This document shows positions 19,851 to 28,116 of a DNA stretch of 64,000 nucleotides, one piece after another. Location of the stretch: assembly GCA_963677895.2 (NCBI GenBank), contig CAXXGJ010000002.1, positions 96,001-160,000 of the forward strand, given 5' to 3'. The stretch's first letter is position 1, and every line of letters starts with the position of its first letter. Both the position numbers and the translations under genes were made by a program. A model generated the notes under the pieces. The model made no database searches. It saw only the letters and a program-made list of their open reading frames with translations, and was not told where the DNA came from. Source of the stretch: Treponemataceae bacterium (lineage in GTDB: Bacteria > Spirochaetota > Spirochaetia > Treponematales > Rectinemataceae).

Positions 19851-21356
19851 CTACCGGCTGGTTGCCCCGACACGTTCTTCCTGAGACATGGCCGCGAGCC
19901 TCTTCACTTCGGCGCGGTCCAGCTTCAGTCCTTGGGCGACGCGTTCCCCGTACTCGACATCCACCTTATAGAACAGGGCCGTCTGGCGCAGCTGAATGCG
20001 CGTTTGCGCCTTGCCCAGATGGGATACGATATTGCTGACGAGATGGTCGCGGTCCGTGTCGGACATGACCTTCCTATACAGATCGCCTGCCTGGACAAAG
20101 TCCACGTCCCCGCTTTCGTAGACATGCCGCGTCGCCGTCCCTGAAACCGTAAGGGGCGGCGCGGAGAATGACGGATCGGGCGCGGGACCGCCGACGCTGT
20201 TGGGCCAGTAGTTGGGACTCCCGCCGCCGTTCGGGCCCGACCGCATGGGGCCGTCGCGCTGATAGCCGCTATCCATGGAAGCCTTAGGCGCATTGATAGG
20301 CAGAAGATTGAAGTTCGGGCCCAGCCTGTGCCTCTGCGTATCGGGATAGCTGAACAGGCGTCCCTGCAGAAGCCTATCCGGCGACGCCCCGATTCCCGGC
20401 ACGAAATTGCCTGGCGCGAAGGCGATCTGCTCCACTTCGGCGAAATAATTGGACGGATTGCGGTTGAGCACCATGCGTCCAAGGGGAAGGAGCGGATAAT
20501 CCGCGTGCGGCCAGACTTTGGTTATATCGAAAGGATCGAATCGATAGGTTTCGGCTTCCGCCGGCGTCATGATCTGCACGGACACTCGCCACGCGGGATA
20601 CTCGCCGCGCTGTATGCTGTCGAAGAGATCCCTCGTCGCGTGGTCGGGATCGACGCCGGCGAGACGAGCGGCTTCTTCCCGAACGAGATTCTTGATCCCC
20701 TGTTCCGTCACGAAATGCGTCTTGACCCAGCAGTAACCGCCCTTTTCGTCGTACCACATGAAGGTGTGGCTGCTGAAGCCGTGCATGTGACGGTAATCGA
20801 GAGGGATGCCGCGGTCGGAGAAAAGAATCGTCACTTGATGAATGGACTCCGGAGTAAGCGAGAGAAAATCCCAGAACATATCGGGGTCTTTCAGGTTGGT
20901 CGCGGGATTGCGTTTTTGGGTATGGATGAAATCCGGGAATTTTATCGCGTCGCGGATGAAGAACACCGGCGTATTATTGCCCACCAGATCGTAGTTGCCT
21001 TCCTCAGTATAGAATTTGACGGCGAAACCGCGGGGATCGCGGTCCGCGTCGGCGGAACCCTTTTCGCCGCCCACCTGCGAGAATCGCGCGAAGATTTCCG
21101 TGCGCTTTCCCGGGCTGGAAAGAAATTTTGCGCGCGTATACTTCGTCATGTCATGGGTAACCTCGAAGTATCCGCCCGCTCCGGCGCCTTTCGCGTGCAC
21201 AACCCTTTCGGGCACGCGTTCCCTGTCGAAGTGCGCCAGTTTTTCCAGGAGGTGGGTATCCTGGATGAGCGTGGGGCCATCAGCTCCCGCCGTCATCGAG
21301 TTCAGGTCATTCTCGACAGGTCTCCCCGTATTCGTCGTCAATATATTTTTTTTCAT
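19851..21356 (-). CDS. katA: Monofunctional heme catalase (small subunit)
   Basis: [17 protein letters not shown] active-site signature, [33 protein letters not shown] heme-ligand motif. Confidence 0.97.
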   Translation of the reverse strand: MKKNILTTNTGRPVENDLNSMTAGADGPTLIQDTHLLEKLAHFDRERVPERVVHAKGAGAGGYFEVTHDMTKYTRAKFLSSPGKRTEIFARFSQVGGEKGSADADRDPRGFAVKFYTEEGNYDLVGNNTPVFFIRDAIKFPDFIHTQKRNPATNLKDPDMFWDFLSLTPESIHQVTILFSDRGIPLDYRHMHGFSSHTFMWYDEKGGYCWVKTHFVTEQGIKNLVREEAARLAGVDPDHATRDLFDSIQRGEYPAWRVSVQIMTPAEAETYRFDPFDITKVWPHADYPLLPLGRMVLNRNPSNYFAEVEQIAFAPGNFVPGIGASPDRLLQGRLFSYPDTQRHRLGPNFNLLPINAPKASMDSGYQRDGPMRSGPNGGGSPNYWPNSVGGPAPDPSFSAPPLTVSGTATRHVYESGDVDFVQAGDLYRKVMSDTDRDHLVSNIVSHLGKAQTRIQLRQTALFYKVDVEYGERVAQGLKLDRAEVKRLAAMSQEERVGATSR

Positions 21357-21403
21357 GATTTTCTCTCTCCCGCCCATATGCCGCGATTTTCGATCGACAG
21401 GAA

Positions 21404-21850
21404 TTACTTTCCCGAAGTCAAAGAGCGGTAGATCAGCTGCATCAGCTCTTCGAAAAGGTGGAAGTATCCGGTATTGTCTTTCTTGTAGGCAGTAACTGTA
21501 TCGTTGATGCCCGATCCCATTTTTTCCATCACGTCGCTGGCCAGGGTCAAGCTGCCTTTTGCCGTGTTGGCGACATGCTCGACTTCCTGGATGATCGCGG
21601 GAAATGAAACCTTCAGCTGAGAGGTCGTGTCCTTGAGATCGCCGCTTATCTGCTCGAGATCCCCGATTATGGCGGGCACTCTTCTGAAGGAATGCTTTAT
21701 GGAATCTTTATTGATCTCCACAAGCGGACTGATGATTCCCACCATTTTTTTTATGTTCAGGAGTATGGGGACGAGAATGGCGCCGATCAGGATTCCCATC
21801 ATGCAGACCAGGAAAATCATCAGATCAGGCAACGTGAATTGTATTGTCAT
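21404..21850 (-). CDS. DUF948/YoxC-like membrane-anchored coiled-coil protein
   Basis: Single N-terminal TM followed by heptad-like region; lies directly downstream of YtxH as in general stress operons. Confidence 0.55.
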   Translation of the reverse strand: MTIQFTLPDLMIFLVCMMGILIGAILVPILLNIKKMVGIISPLVEINKDSIKHSFRRVPAIIGDLEQISGDLKDTTSQLKVSFPAIIQEVEHVANTAKGSLTLASDVMEKMGSGINDTVTAYKKDNTGYFHLFEELMQLIYRSLTSGK

Positions 21851-21865
21851 GGTTTTTGCCCCGCT

Positions 21866-22195
21866 CTACGCTGAAGCCGTTCCGCTTCTCTTTTTCCTGG
21901 CCGCCGGCTTCGGCTGCAAGGTGCTTTTCAGTTCCTGAGCCGCGTGGGCCGTTGTTTCCTTTACGATTTCCGCCTTGCGCCTGAGTTTTTCCCTGATGGT
22001 CTCCAGGGTTTCTTCCGCTTTCTTTTTCAGCTCCTCCCTGGTTTCTTTCCCCGATTTCGGCGCGTAGAGAATTCCTTTCAGCAGTCCGATAGTGGCGGCT
22101 ATGCCCATTCCCAGCGCGAAATTTATGGAAGCCTTTCTTCGGTCCTCGTCCCTTTTTTTCCTGTTTACCATATCCAGCATATTATTGAAAAACAT
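21866..22195 (-). CDS. YtxH domain general stress protein
   Basis: GILYAPKSGKETREELKKKA motif; SD ggagg before ATG 22195. Confidence 0.85.
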   Translation of the reverse strand: MFFNNMLDMVNRKKRDEDRRKASINFALGMGIAATIGLLKGILYAPKSGKETREELKKKAEETLETIREKLRRKAEIVKETTAHAAQELKSTLQPKPAARKKRSGTASA

Positions 22196-22298
22196 ACAAA
22201 TTCCTCCGCAGAAAATTCTGCTGATCTCGAGACGCCCTGCCGGTCGCATTGGACCGGCTAAGCTCTACTCGGTCGAAATAATATCGGCGATCGCGCGG

Positions 22299-22475
22299 TT
22301 ACATGATCTTTTTGATTTCTGCCTTGGCGTCGCCGAGTCCAGCCTGAACGGCCCCTTTGATTTTTTTGGCCTTTCCCTTTTTCTCCATTTTTTTATCGCC
22401 GACGACAATGCCTATCGCCTGCTTGACCTTGCCTTTCACTTCGTCGATGCGTCCCTTGATTTGATCATTATTCAT
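22299..22475 (-). CDS. csbD: CsbD family stress protein (58 aa, below ORF-track cutoff)
   Basis: Translated by hand: MNNDQIKGRIDEVKGKVKQAIGIVVGDKKMEKKGKAKKIKGAVQAGLGDAKAEIKKIM; SD aggag. Confidence 0.9.
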   Translation of the reverse strand: MNNDQIKGRIDEVKGKVKQAIGIVVGDKKMEKKGKAKKIKGAVQAGLGDAKAEIKKIM

Positions 22476-22547
22476 TCTTGTCTCCTCTCGTGAAATCTTT
22501 TGGAAATGGTCCCATTTATCAACGTTCCCATTCTCTTGCCTGATCCA

Positions 22548-22592
22548 AAGATACTTTCAAGGCCTAGCCGGGTCTGTGCGGCAGCACACATA
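22548..22592 (-). promoter_or_regulatory. Island regulon site 4 (drives csbD-ytxH-DUF948-katA)
   Basis: Minus strand tatgtgtgctgccgcacagac (22592-22572), 18 nt, TATCTT (22553-22548). Confidence 0.75.
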
Positions 22593-22620
22593 GGGCAGGG
22601 CAAAGGCGGGCCGGACAGTC

Positions 22621-22665
22621 TATGTGTGCTGCCGCACAGACCGGTTCGAGCCTGGAACGTATGCT
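22621..22665 (+). promoter_or_regulatory. Island regulon site 5 (drives IBP4)
   Basis: tatgtgtgctgccgcacagac (22621-22641), 18 nt, TATGCT (22660-22665). Confidence 0.75.
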
Positions 22666-22726
22666 TTTACGTATATGGAGGACTGCGCTTCCAAAATTCC
22701 GGAAAATCAAAAGAGGAGATAATCGT

Positions 22727-23806
22727 ATGAAGAAAATGGCCTTATTGGCTCTAGTATCTATTATCCTAATTGTGGCGGGCTGCAATAGCCCCGTTGTCGG
22801 AGGCGATGCCACCGCTCCCACGGTCGATGCCACCTCTCCCGCCGCCGCGGCAACCTCCGTCGGCAGAAATATCGGCGTGACGGCGACCTTCAGCGAAGAG
22901 ATGGACGCCGCGACGATCGGCGACGCGACCTTTACCCTTTCTATGGGGGGGAATCAGGTCGCCGGCGCCGTAACCTACGCGAACATGGTGGCGACCTTCG
23001 ATCCAACCGCCGATTTATCGGCTAATGCCGTGTATACCGCCACGATCACGACAGGCGCCAAGGATGTGTCGGGCAACGCTCTCGCGGAAAACCGCGAATG
23101 GGTTTTCACCACGGGCGGCACGTCGGCTTCCGGTCCCGTGACGGTGAACCTGCGGACCGCCGGCGATTTCGCGATCCTGACCAAGGCCGGCATCGGTACG
23201 ATTCCGACCTCGGTGGTGACGGGCGACATTGGCGTGAGTCCGATAGACTCGACGGCCATCACGGGATTCTCGCTGGTGATGGACGGCTCGAATACTTTCG
23301 CCACATCCAGCCAGGTCGTCGGGAAGGCTTACGCGGCCAATTATGTTCCGCCTACCCCCACGAAAATGACCACCGCCGTCAGCGACATGGAAACAGCCTA
23401 CACCGACGCGGCCGGCAGGGCCACGCCCGATTTCATCGAACTGGGCAGCGGAGAGATCGGCGGACTCACGCTGGTGCCGGGCCTCTATAAATGGGGCACC
23501 GATGTGCTGATATCCAACGATGTAACGCTCAACGGCGGACCGACCGATGTCTGGATATTCCAGATATCCGGCGGAATAACGCAAGCCTCCGGCAAAAGCG
23601 TAAACCTGACGGGCGGCGCCTTGCCCCAGAACATATTCTGGCAGACCTTCGGTCCCGTCGCCCTCGATACCACCGCGCATTTCGAAGGAGTCGTGATGTC
23701 GTACACGGAAATAACCCTGGCCACTGGCGCGTCCGTGAATGGCAGGCTCCTGTCGCAGACTGCCGTCACGATAGATTCCGGCACCGTTACGCAGCCTTCG
23801 CCGTAA
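22727..23806 (+). CDS. Ice-binding-like lipoprotein 4 (Big_5 + DUF3494)
   Basis: Lipobox VAGC; TATFSEEMD, EWVFTT; LVPGLYKW, VWIFQI, QNIFWQ, NGRLLSQTAVTID; SD gaggag. Confidence 0.92.
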   Translation: MKKMALLALVSIILIVAGCNSPVVGGDATAPTVDATSPAAAATSVGRNIGVTATFSEEMDAATIGDATFTLSMGGNQVAGAVTYANMVATFDPTADLSANAVYTATITTGAKDVSGNALAENREWVFTTGGTSASGPVTVNLRTAGDFAILTKAGIGTIPTSVVTGDIGVSPIDSTAITGFSLVMDGSNTFATSSQVVGKAYAANYVPPTPTKMTTAVSDMETAYTDAAGRATPDFIELGSGEIGGLTLVPGLYKWGTDVLISNDVTLNGGPTDVWIFQISGGITQASGKSVNLTGGALPQNIFWQTFGPVALDTTAHFEGVVMSYTEITLATGASVNGRLLSQTAVTIDSGTVTQPSP

Positions 23807-23812
23807 GTCGGG

Positions 23813-23847
23813 ATGAAGGGCCGGCCCGACCGGGCGGCCCTTCATTT
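23813..23847 (+). terminator. Terminator-like hairpin after IBP4
   Basis: atgaagggccg...cggcccttcat followed by tt. Confidence 0.6.
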
Positions 23848-23883
23848 GCCGCATAAGATTTTGGAACCGAAAGGAGGAGCATT

Positions 23884-24078
23884 GTGAATACATTGAACGC
23901 AAAAAGCGCTACATATGGATTGAACGTCGAGTTCGGAAATAAAGCGAGATATATCGGCGTCGCGGACATGTTTTTTGAAGAGAGAAAAGTCGAAGAGTTG
24001 CTGAATAGAGTAGAGAAGCGAATAGGAAGGTCGAAGGAAGACGTTGTCGGATACATCGATACGATGGCAACCAGATGA
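23884..24078 (+). CDS. Small hypothetical protein
   Basis: SD aggagg, GTG start, stop overlaps next ATG (ATGA). Confidence 0.5.
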   Translation: MNTLNAKSATYGLNVEFGNKARYIGVADMFFEERKVEELLNRVEKRIGRSKEDVVGYIDTMATR

Positions 24079-24530
24079 TCAATGTCGTTGGTATTAAGAA
24101 TCGCATAACTTTTCATAAATACACCGAAGCGGCGAAAGCCATCAAGTCCGAACTCGCCCAAAAATTTCCCGGCGTCTCCTTTTCGATCAAATCGAAATCG
24201 TTCGCGAGCGGAGACAATGTAACGATAGATTGGACGGGAGGCCCGACAAGCGATGCCGTCGAATCGATAGTGATCAAATACCGGTACGGAACCTTCGACG
24301 TGTCGAAAAATCTCTATCTCTACGACAGTCGCGACGATGCCCTCCCGCAGGCGCAGTATGTGATGGTTTCCCACCATCACAGCGATTCCTCGAAAAAAAA
24401 GGCCAAGCAGGAAATCGCCGATGGTTTCAATGTGGACATGAATGACAGCCAGGCGGTGTTCGCCGCCTTCGGCGACTGGCCGCAGCCTTTGATCCGCGCG
24501 AAGCTTGAGCATCGCAGCCCGTTCAATTAA
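24075..24530 (+). CDS. LPD29-like domain protein (large polyvalent protein domain)
   Basis: AAKAIKSELAQKFPGVSFSIKSKSFASGDNVTIDWTGGPT...YGTFD pattern recognised as LPD29. Confidence 0.7.
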   Translation: MINVVGIKNRITFHKYTEAAKAIKSELAQKFPGVSFSIKSKSFASGDNVTIDWTGGPTSDAVESIVIKYRYGTFDVSKNLYLYDSRDDALPQAQYVMVSHHHSDSSKKKAKQEIADGFNVDMNDSQAVFAAFGDWPQPLIRAKLEHRSPFN

Positions 24531-24664
24531 GCCGAATGCAATAAACAGAATCCCGACTTTGTTTTTACCGCTCCTCTCAGTATTTTAGGCATACTTCACC
24601 TGCGCGGCATGGTGGCGTATGTTCTATGTGAAGGATGAATCCAAAACCTGAGAAGGAGTTTTTA

Positions 24665-25465
24665 ATGGAACTTGGACTCAAGAATAAAATACTCTTCGCT
24701 TCGGCTTCGACCGATGGCTTGGGGCTGGGCATAGCGGAAAGCGCGCTCGCCGAGGGCGCTTTCGTGTTTTTGGGCGGCAGATCGCAAGAGAGGCTCGACG
24801 CGGCGCTGAAACGCCTGGACGCGGTGGGGGCGGCATCGGGCGGGCGGTCCGCCGGCGCCGTCCTGGACATGTCTTCGGCCGGCTCCATCGAAGCCTGGGT
24901 CGCGGCGGGAATGGCCGCGATGGGGGAGCCGGACGCGCTGCTGGTGAACGCCGGCGGACCGCCCCCCGGAGACTTCGAAACGCTGGCGGGCGATGAGCCC
25001 TGGCAGGCGGCCTTCAACCTCACCCTCATGTCTTCCGTGCGGCTCATCCGCGCCGTCCTACCCTCCCTCAAGGCGAAGGGCGGTTCGATTCTCACGATAA
25101 CGTCGAGTTCGGTGAAGGAGCCGTGGCCGGGGCTGATTCTTTCGGGCGTCATGCGCTCGGGAGTCGCCAGCCTCGTCAAATCGCTGTCGATCGAGCTCGC
25201 GCCTTACGGCATCCGCGTCAACAACATAGCGCCGGGCAACATCATGACGGGCCGCCTCGAAAGGCTCATCGCCGCCGAAGCCAAGGGCGCCGGAATCTCC
25301 AGCGACGAGCGGCGAGCCCAGCGGCAAGCCAATATCCCCATGGGTCGCATCGGGGAAGTGGAAGAGTTTGGCAGGGCGGGGGCCTTCCTTCTGTCGCCGG
25401 CGGCTTCTTATCTGAACGGCCAGACCTTGGTCGTGGACGGGGGCGCTTCCAAGTTCCTATATTGA
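24665..25465 (+). CDS. SDR family oxidoreductase
   Basis: MELGLKNK, ASTDGLGLG, NAGGPPPG, GIRVNNIAPG, YLNGQTLVVDGG. Confidence 0.9.
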   Translation: MELGLKNKILFASASTDGLGLGIAESALAEGAFVFLGGRSQERLDAALKRLDAVGAASGGRSAGAVLDMSSAGSIEAWVAAGMAAMGEPDALLVNAGGPPPGDFETLAGDEPWQAAFNLTLMSSVRLIRAVLPSLKAKGGSILTITSSSVKEPWPGLILSGVMRSGVASLVKSLSIELAPYGIRVNNIAPGNIMTGRLERLIAAEAKGAGISSDERRAQRQANIPMGRIGEVEEFGRAGAFLLSPAASYLNGQTLVVDGGASKFLY

Positions 25466-25515
25466 GACGACAGGCGGCGCGGGACGCGCTTCGCGTTCAG
25501 GCCGCCTGCCCGCCT

Positions 25516-26442
25516 TTACTTGATTTTCGAGTTCCCCGACGGGCGGACGGGGCGGGCTTCTATGTACCCGCGCCAGCCCTGCGGCGCCAGCTGGAAACGC
25601 GGCGCCGAATCGGGCGCCCAGGCGAAACCGTAGAGAGCGGGATCGAAGCTGTCGATTTTCTTCATCACCGCGACGACGGCTTCCTCGAAATCCTCGTCAT
25701 CGTAGGGCTCTCCCTGGAATATCATCATCATCGCCGGCCCGAACTCGGCGAGTTCGTATCCTTCCGGAACAGGCCCGCTCCAATCCAGGGGCAGCTCGAC
25801 GCCCTGCACGTACTCAGAGGTGCCGGTCGGGCGGAGTTTTGCGGGCAGCCAGAGGCCGACCGGCTCATAGAGCGCTTCCTTGACGCTTGATAGGACGCCC
25901 CAGACGTCGCAGCCAACTTCCTCGCAGTAGGCGAAGTACTCGTTCGCCGTCTTGGCCCGCTTGATGAGGACCTTGCGGGCCGGTCTTTCAATCACCTGCA
26001 CGAAAATAGTCTTGCTCGTGCCTTCTTTCATGTCGTTTTCTCCTTTTTCATGCTTTTGGCGCAATGGAAGAGGATAGGGAAGAAACAGCTTCACGGGGCG
26101 GGGCTGTTTGCGGTACTTCGCCGGGGTTACGCCGAATTCTTTCGAAAAAGAGCGCGTAAATCCCTCGTGCGAGTCGAACATGAAGTCCAAAGCCACGTCG
26201 AGAACCCTCGAGGGCTTGTCCCGCAATACCAGAGCCGCCTGTGAAAGCCTCAATCTGCGGATGTATTCGAAGGGCGGCTGACCGGTCAGCTCCCTGAACA
26301 TCCGCTGCGCGTGCCACGCGGAATATCCCGCCGCACGCGCCAGATCATGGACCGAGATTTTGTCGCGCACATTCGCGAGAATATAATCCTGCATTTGGCG
26401 TACTGCGCGGATCATGTCCTCTCGCGTGTGTTCCCGTTCCAT
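25516..26442 (-). CDS. AraC family transcriptional regulator with GyrI-like effector domain
   Basis: LARAAGYS...YIRRLRL, VALDFMFDSHEGFTRSFSKEFGVTP; SD aaggagg. Confidence 0.9.
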   Translation of the reverse strand: MEREHTREDMIRAVRQMQDYILANVRDKISVHDLARAAGYSAWHAQRMFRELTGQPPFEYIRRLRLSQAALVLRDKPSRVLDVALDFMFDSHEGFTRSFSKEFGVTPAKYRKQPRPVKLFLPYPLPLRQKHEKGENDMKEGTSKTIFVQVIERPARKVLIKRAKTANEYFAYCEEVGCDVWGVLSSVKEALYEPVGLWLPAKLRPTGTSEYVQGVELPLDWSGPVPEGYELAEFGPAMMMIFQGEPYDDEDFEEAVVAVMKKIDSFDPALYGFAWAPDSAPRFQLAPQGWRGYIEARPVRPSGNSKIK

Positions 26443-26526
26443 GATCGCCTCCTTTAGCGCCATGCGATGGAGTGTCGCAGATTCCTGGTTCCCGTTCTTG
26501 ACCTGCACTGCGAAATTGAAAAGATT

Positions 26527-26562
26527 CGCCGCCGCGCCGCCGCGCCGCCGCGCCGCCGCGCC
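26527..26562. repeat. 8-bp tandem repeat (CGCCGCCG) x4.5
   Basis: cgccgccg repeated in the mtfA-araC intergenic region. Confidence 0.9.
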
Positions 26563-26573
26563 AAGGTTTGCTT

Positions 26574-27386
26574 TCATTTTCGCCACGTGGTGGGGTCGCG
26601 GTGGAAAAAGAGCTTGAGCTGTTTATGGACGGCCGGATATTCCCGCAAAAGGACGGCCGGGCGCTCCCAGAAATATTCGCAGACCACGGCGAAGAATTCG
26701 TCGGGGCTCTCGGCCGCGTAAGGGTCCAGCCTGGATCGCGTTTTCGAGGTTCCCCTGCGGGCGGCGCGTCGCGCCTTCGGCGAATCCGAGAGTTTGGCGT
26801 TCAGGTCCTTCCAGGCTTCGGTGAACGCCTCGTTCCAGCGCAGCGGGTCCATGCCGGCGTGCAGGGGAGGGCGGCCGTCATAAAGGCCGTCCAGGCCGTC
26901 GAGTTTGTGGGCCATCTCGTGTATGACTACATTGTAACCATCGCCCCAGCCCGAGGCGTCTATGTCGGGAATCGACAGCGCGATAGGCCCCAGCGAGAAC
27001 GCTTCGCCGGCCAAGGCTTCCTCCCGCTCGTGGACTATGCCCGATTCGTCCGTCCAGCGCTGCGTGACGGCATAGGCGTCGGGCGTGACAAATATCGTGT
27101 TGAAGTCACGGTACCAGGACAAGTCCAGACCCAGCAGCGGAAGACAAGCCTGGGCGGCGACTGAAACCTTCAGCTTTTCGTCGATTTCGGCCCCGCCCAC
27201 GGGGCGGAAGCGCTTAATGGCCAGAAACTGTCCCGAAAGCTCGCGCAGCCGTGTCCGATCGTCATCGGGCAAGCCCGCGAAAATGCGGTGCTCATCCAAG
27301 GCCCATGCCCATAGTTCGTCGCGGATGGCGCCTCTCTCGGCGAGCCGCCGGCGTCTCGCCTCCAGAAATCCGTCGAAAATTCCCAT
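26574..27386 (-). CDS. mtfA: M90 family zinc peptidase (MtfA-like)
   Basis: AAQACLP, GYNVVIHEMAHKLD, YAAESPDEFFAVVCEYFWE. Confidence 0.9.
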   Translation of the reverse strand: MGIFDGFLEARRRRLAERGAIRDELWAWALDEHRIFAGLPDDDRTRLRELSGQFLAIKRFRPVGGAEIDEKLKVSVAAQACLPLLGLDLSWYRDFNTIFVTPDAYAVTQRWTDESGIVHEREEALAGEAFSLGPIALSIPDIDASGWGDGYNVVIHEMAHKLDGLDGLYDGRPPLHAGMDPLRWNEAFTEAWKDLNAKLSDSPKARRAARRGTSKTRSRLDPYAAESPDEFFAVVCEYFWERPAVLLREYPAVHKQLKLFFHRDPTTWRK

Positions 27387-27505
27387 GCCTCCAGCCTACA
27401 CGGGAATCGCCTTTCGCTGAAGCCTCCGATCGCCGCGTATTGGAGGCGCCGGCCTCCTTCCGCGATCTTCCGGCGTTTCGGCTCGGTCTTTGGCAGGCAT
27501 GGCTA

Positions 27506-27533
27506 TTGACAATTCGAGGCCTTTCAACATAAT
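27506..27533 (+). promoter_or_regulatory. Sigma70-type promoter of tRNA operon
   Basis: TTGACA-16 nt-CATAAT. Confidence 0.7.
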
Positions 27534-27566
27534 GTCGGTACTCGCCGATTCATTTTTTCTGTCTGT

Positions 27567-27651
27567 GGAGCGGTGTCCGAGGGGTTTAAGGAGGCGGTCT
27601 TGAAAACCGTTGAACCGCGAGGTTCCGGGGGTTCGAATCCCCCCTGCTCCG
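27567..27651 (+). tRNA. tRNA-Ser(TGA)
   Basis: Cloverleaf with long variable arm; anticodon stem-loop gcggt-ctTGAaa-accgt; TTCGAATCC. Confidence 0.95.
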
Positions 27652-27670
27652 GATACTGCGATATTTTGTT

Positions 27671-27758
27671 GGAGAGGTGCGAGAGCGGCCGAATCGGGCT
27701 CCCTGCTAAGGAGTTGTACCTCTAAAGGGTACCGAGGGTTCGAATCCCTCCCTCTCCG
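27671..27758 (+). tRNA. tRNA-Ser(GCT)
   Basis: gctcc-ctGCTaa-ggagt; long variable arm. Confidence 0.95.
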
Positions 27759-27764
27759 CTACGC

Positions 27765-27838
27765 GAGGCTATAGCTCAGCTGGATAGAGCTTCAGATTGC
27801 GGATCTGAAGGTCGGAGGTTCGAATCCTCTTAGCCTCA
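27765..27838 (+). tRNA. tRNA-Arg(GCG)
   Basis: tcaga-ttGCGga-tctga; acceptor gaggcta/tagcctc. Confidence 0.93.
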
Positions 27839-27847
27839 TTCTTCGTT

Positions 27848-27933
27848 GGAGAGATGCGAGAGCGGCTGAATCGGGCGGTCTCGAAAACCGTTAAACCTTT
27901 TAGGTTTCGAGGGTTCGAATCCCTCTCTCTCCG
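27848..27933 (+). tRNA. tRNA-Ser(CGA)
   Basis: gcggt-ctCGAaa-accgt; long variable arm. Confidence 0.95.
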
Positions 27934-28019
27934 CAAGCCGCGCTTCTTCGTCGCTCCAACGTCGATAAAGCAGGCGTTTTCAGTTTTTCGTTTCTGTTTT
28001 CGTTTCTTTTTTTCTTTTT

Positions 28020-28106
28020 GGAGAGATGACCGAGCGGCCGAAGGTGCGCGATTGGAAGTCGCGTGTACCCGTAAGGGTACCTAGGGTTCAAATCCCTATC
28101 TCTCCG
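28020..28106 (+). tRNA. tRNA-Ser(GGA)
   Basis: cgcga-ttGGAag-tcgcg; long variable arm. Confidence 0.95.
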
Positions 28107-28116
28107 TAGCATTTAG

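Noticed and set aside
14830..22641. Repeated 21-mers as a CRISPR array
   Set aside because: Copies are kilobases apart or inverted, with no regular spacers and no cas genes.
22571..22642. Perfect inverted repeat as MITE, invertible switch or terminator
   Set aside because: Each arm is a copy of the regulon motif with its own correctly spaced -10; no recombinase, target duplication or U-tract.
27567..28106. tRNA cluster as integration site for the island
   Set aside because: No integrase and no duplicated tRNA 3' end found; the island lies about 3 kb away beyond ordinary genes.
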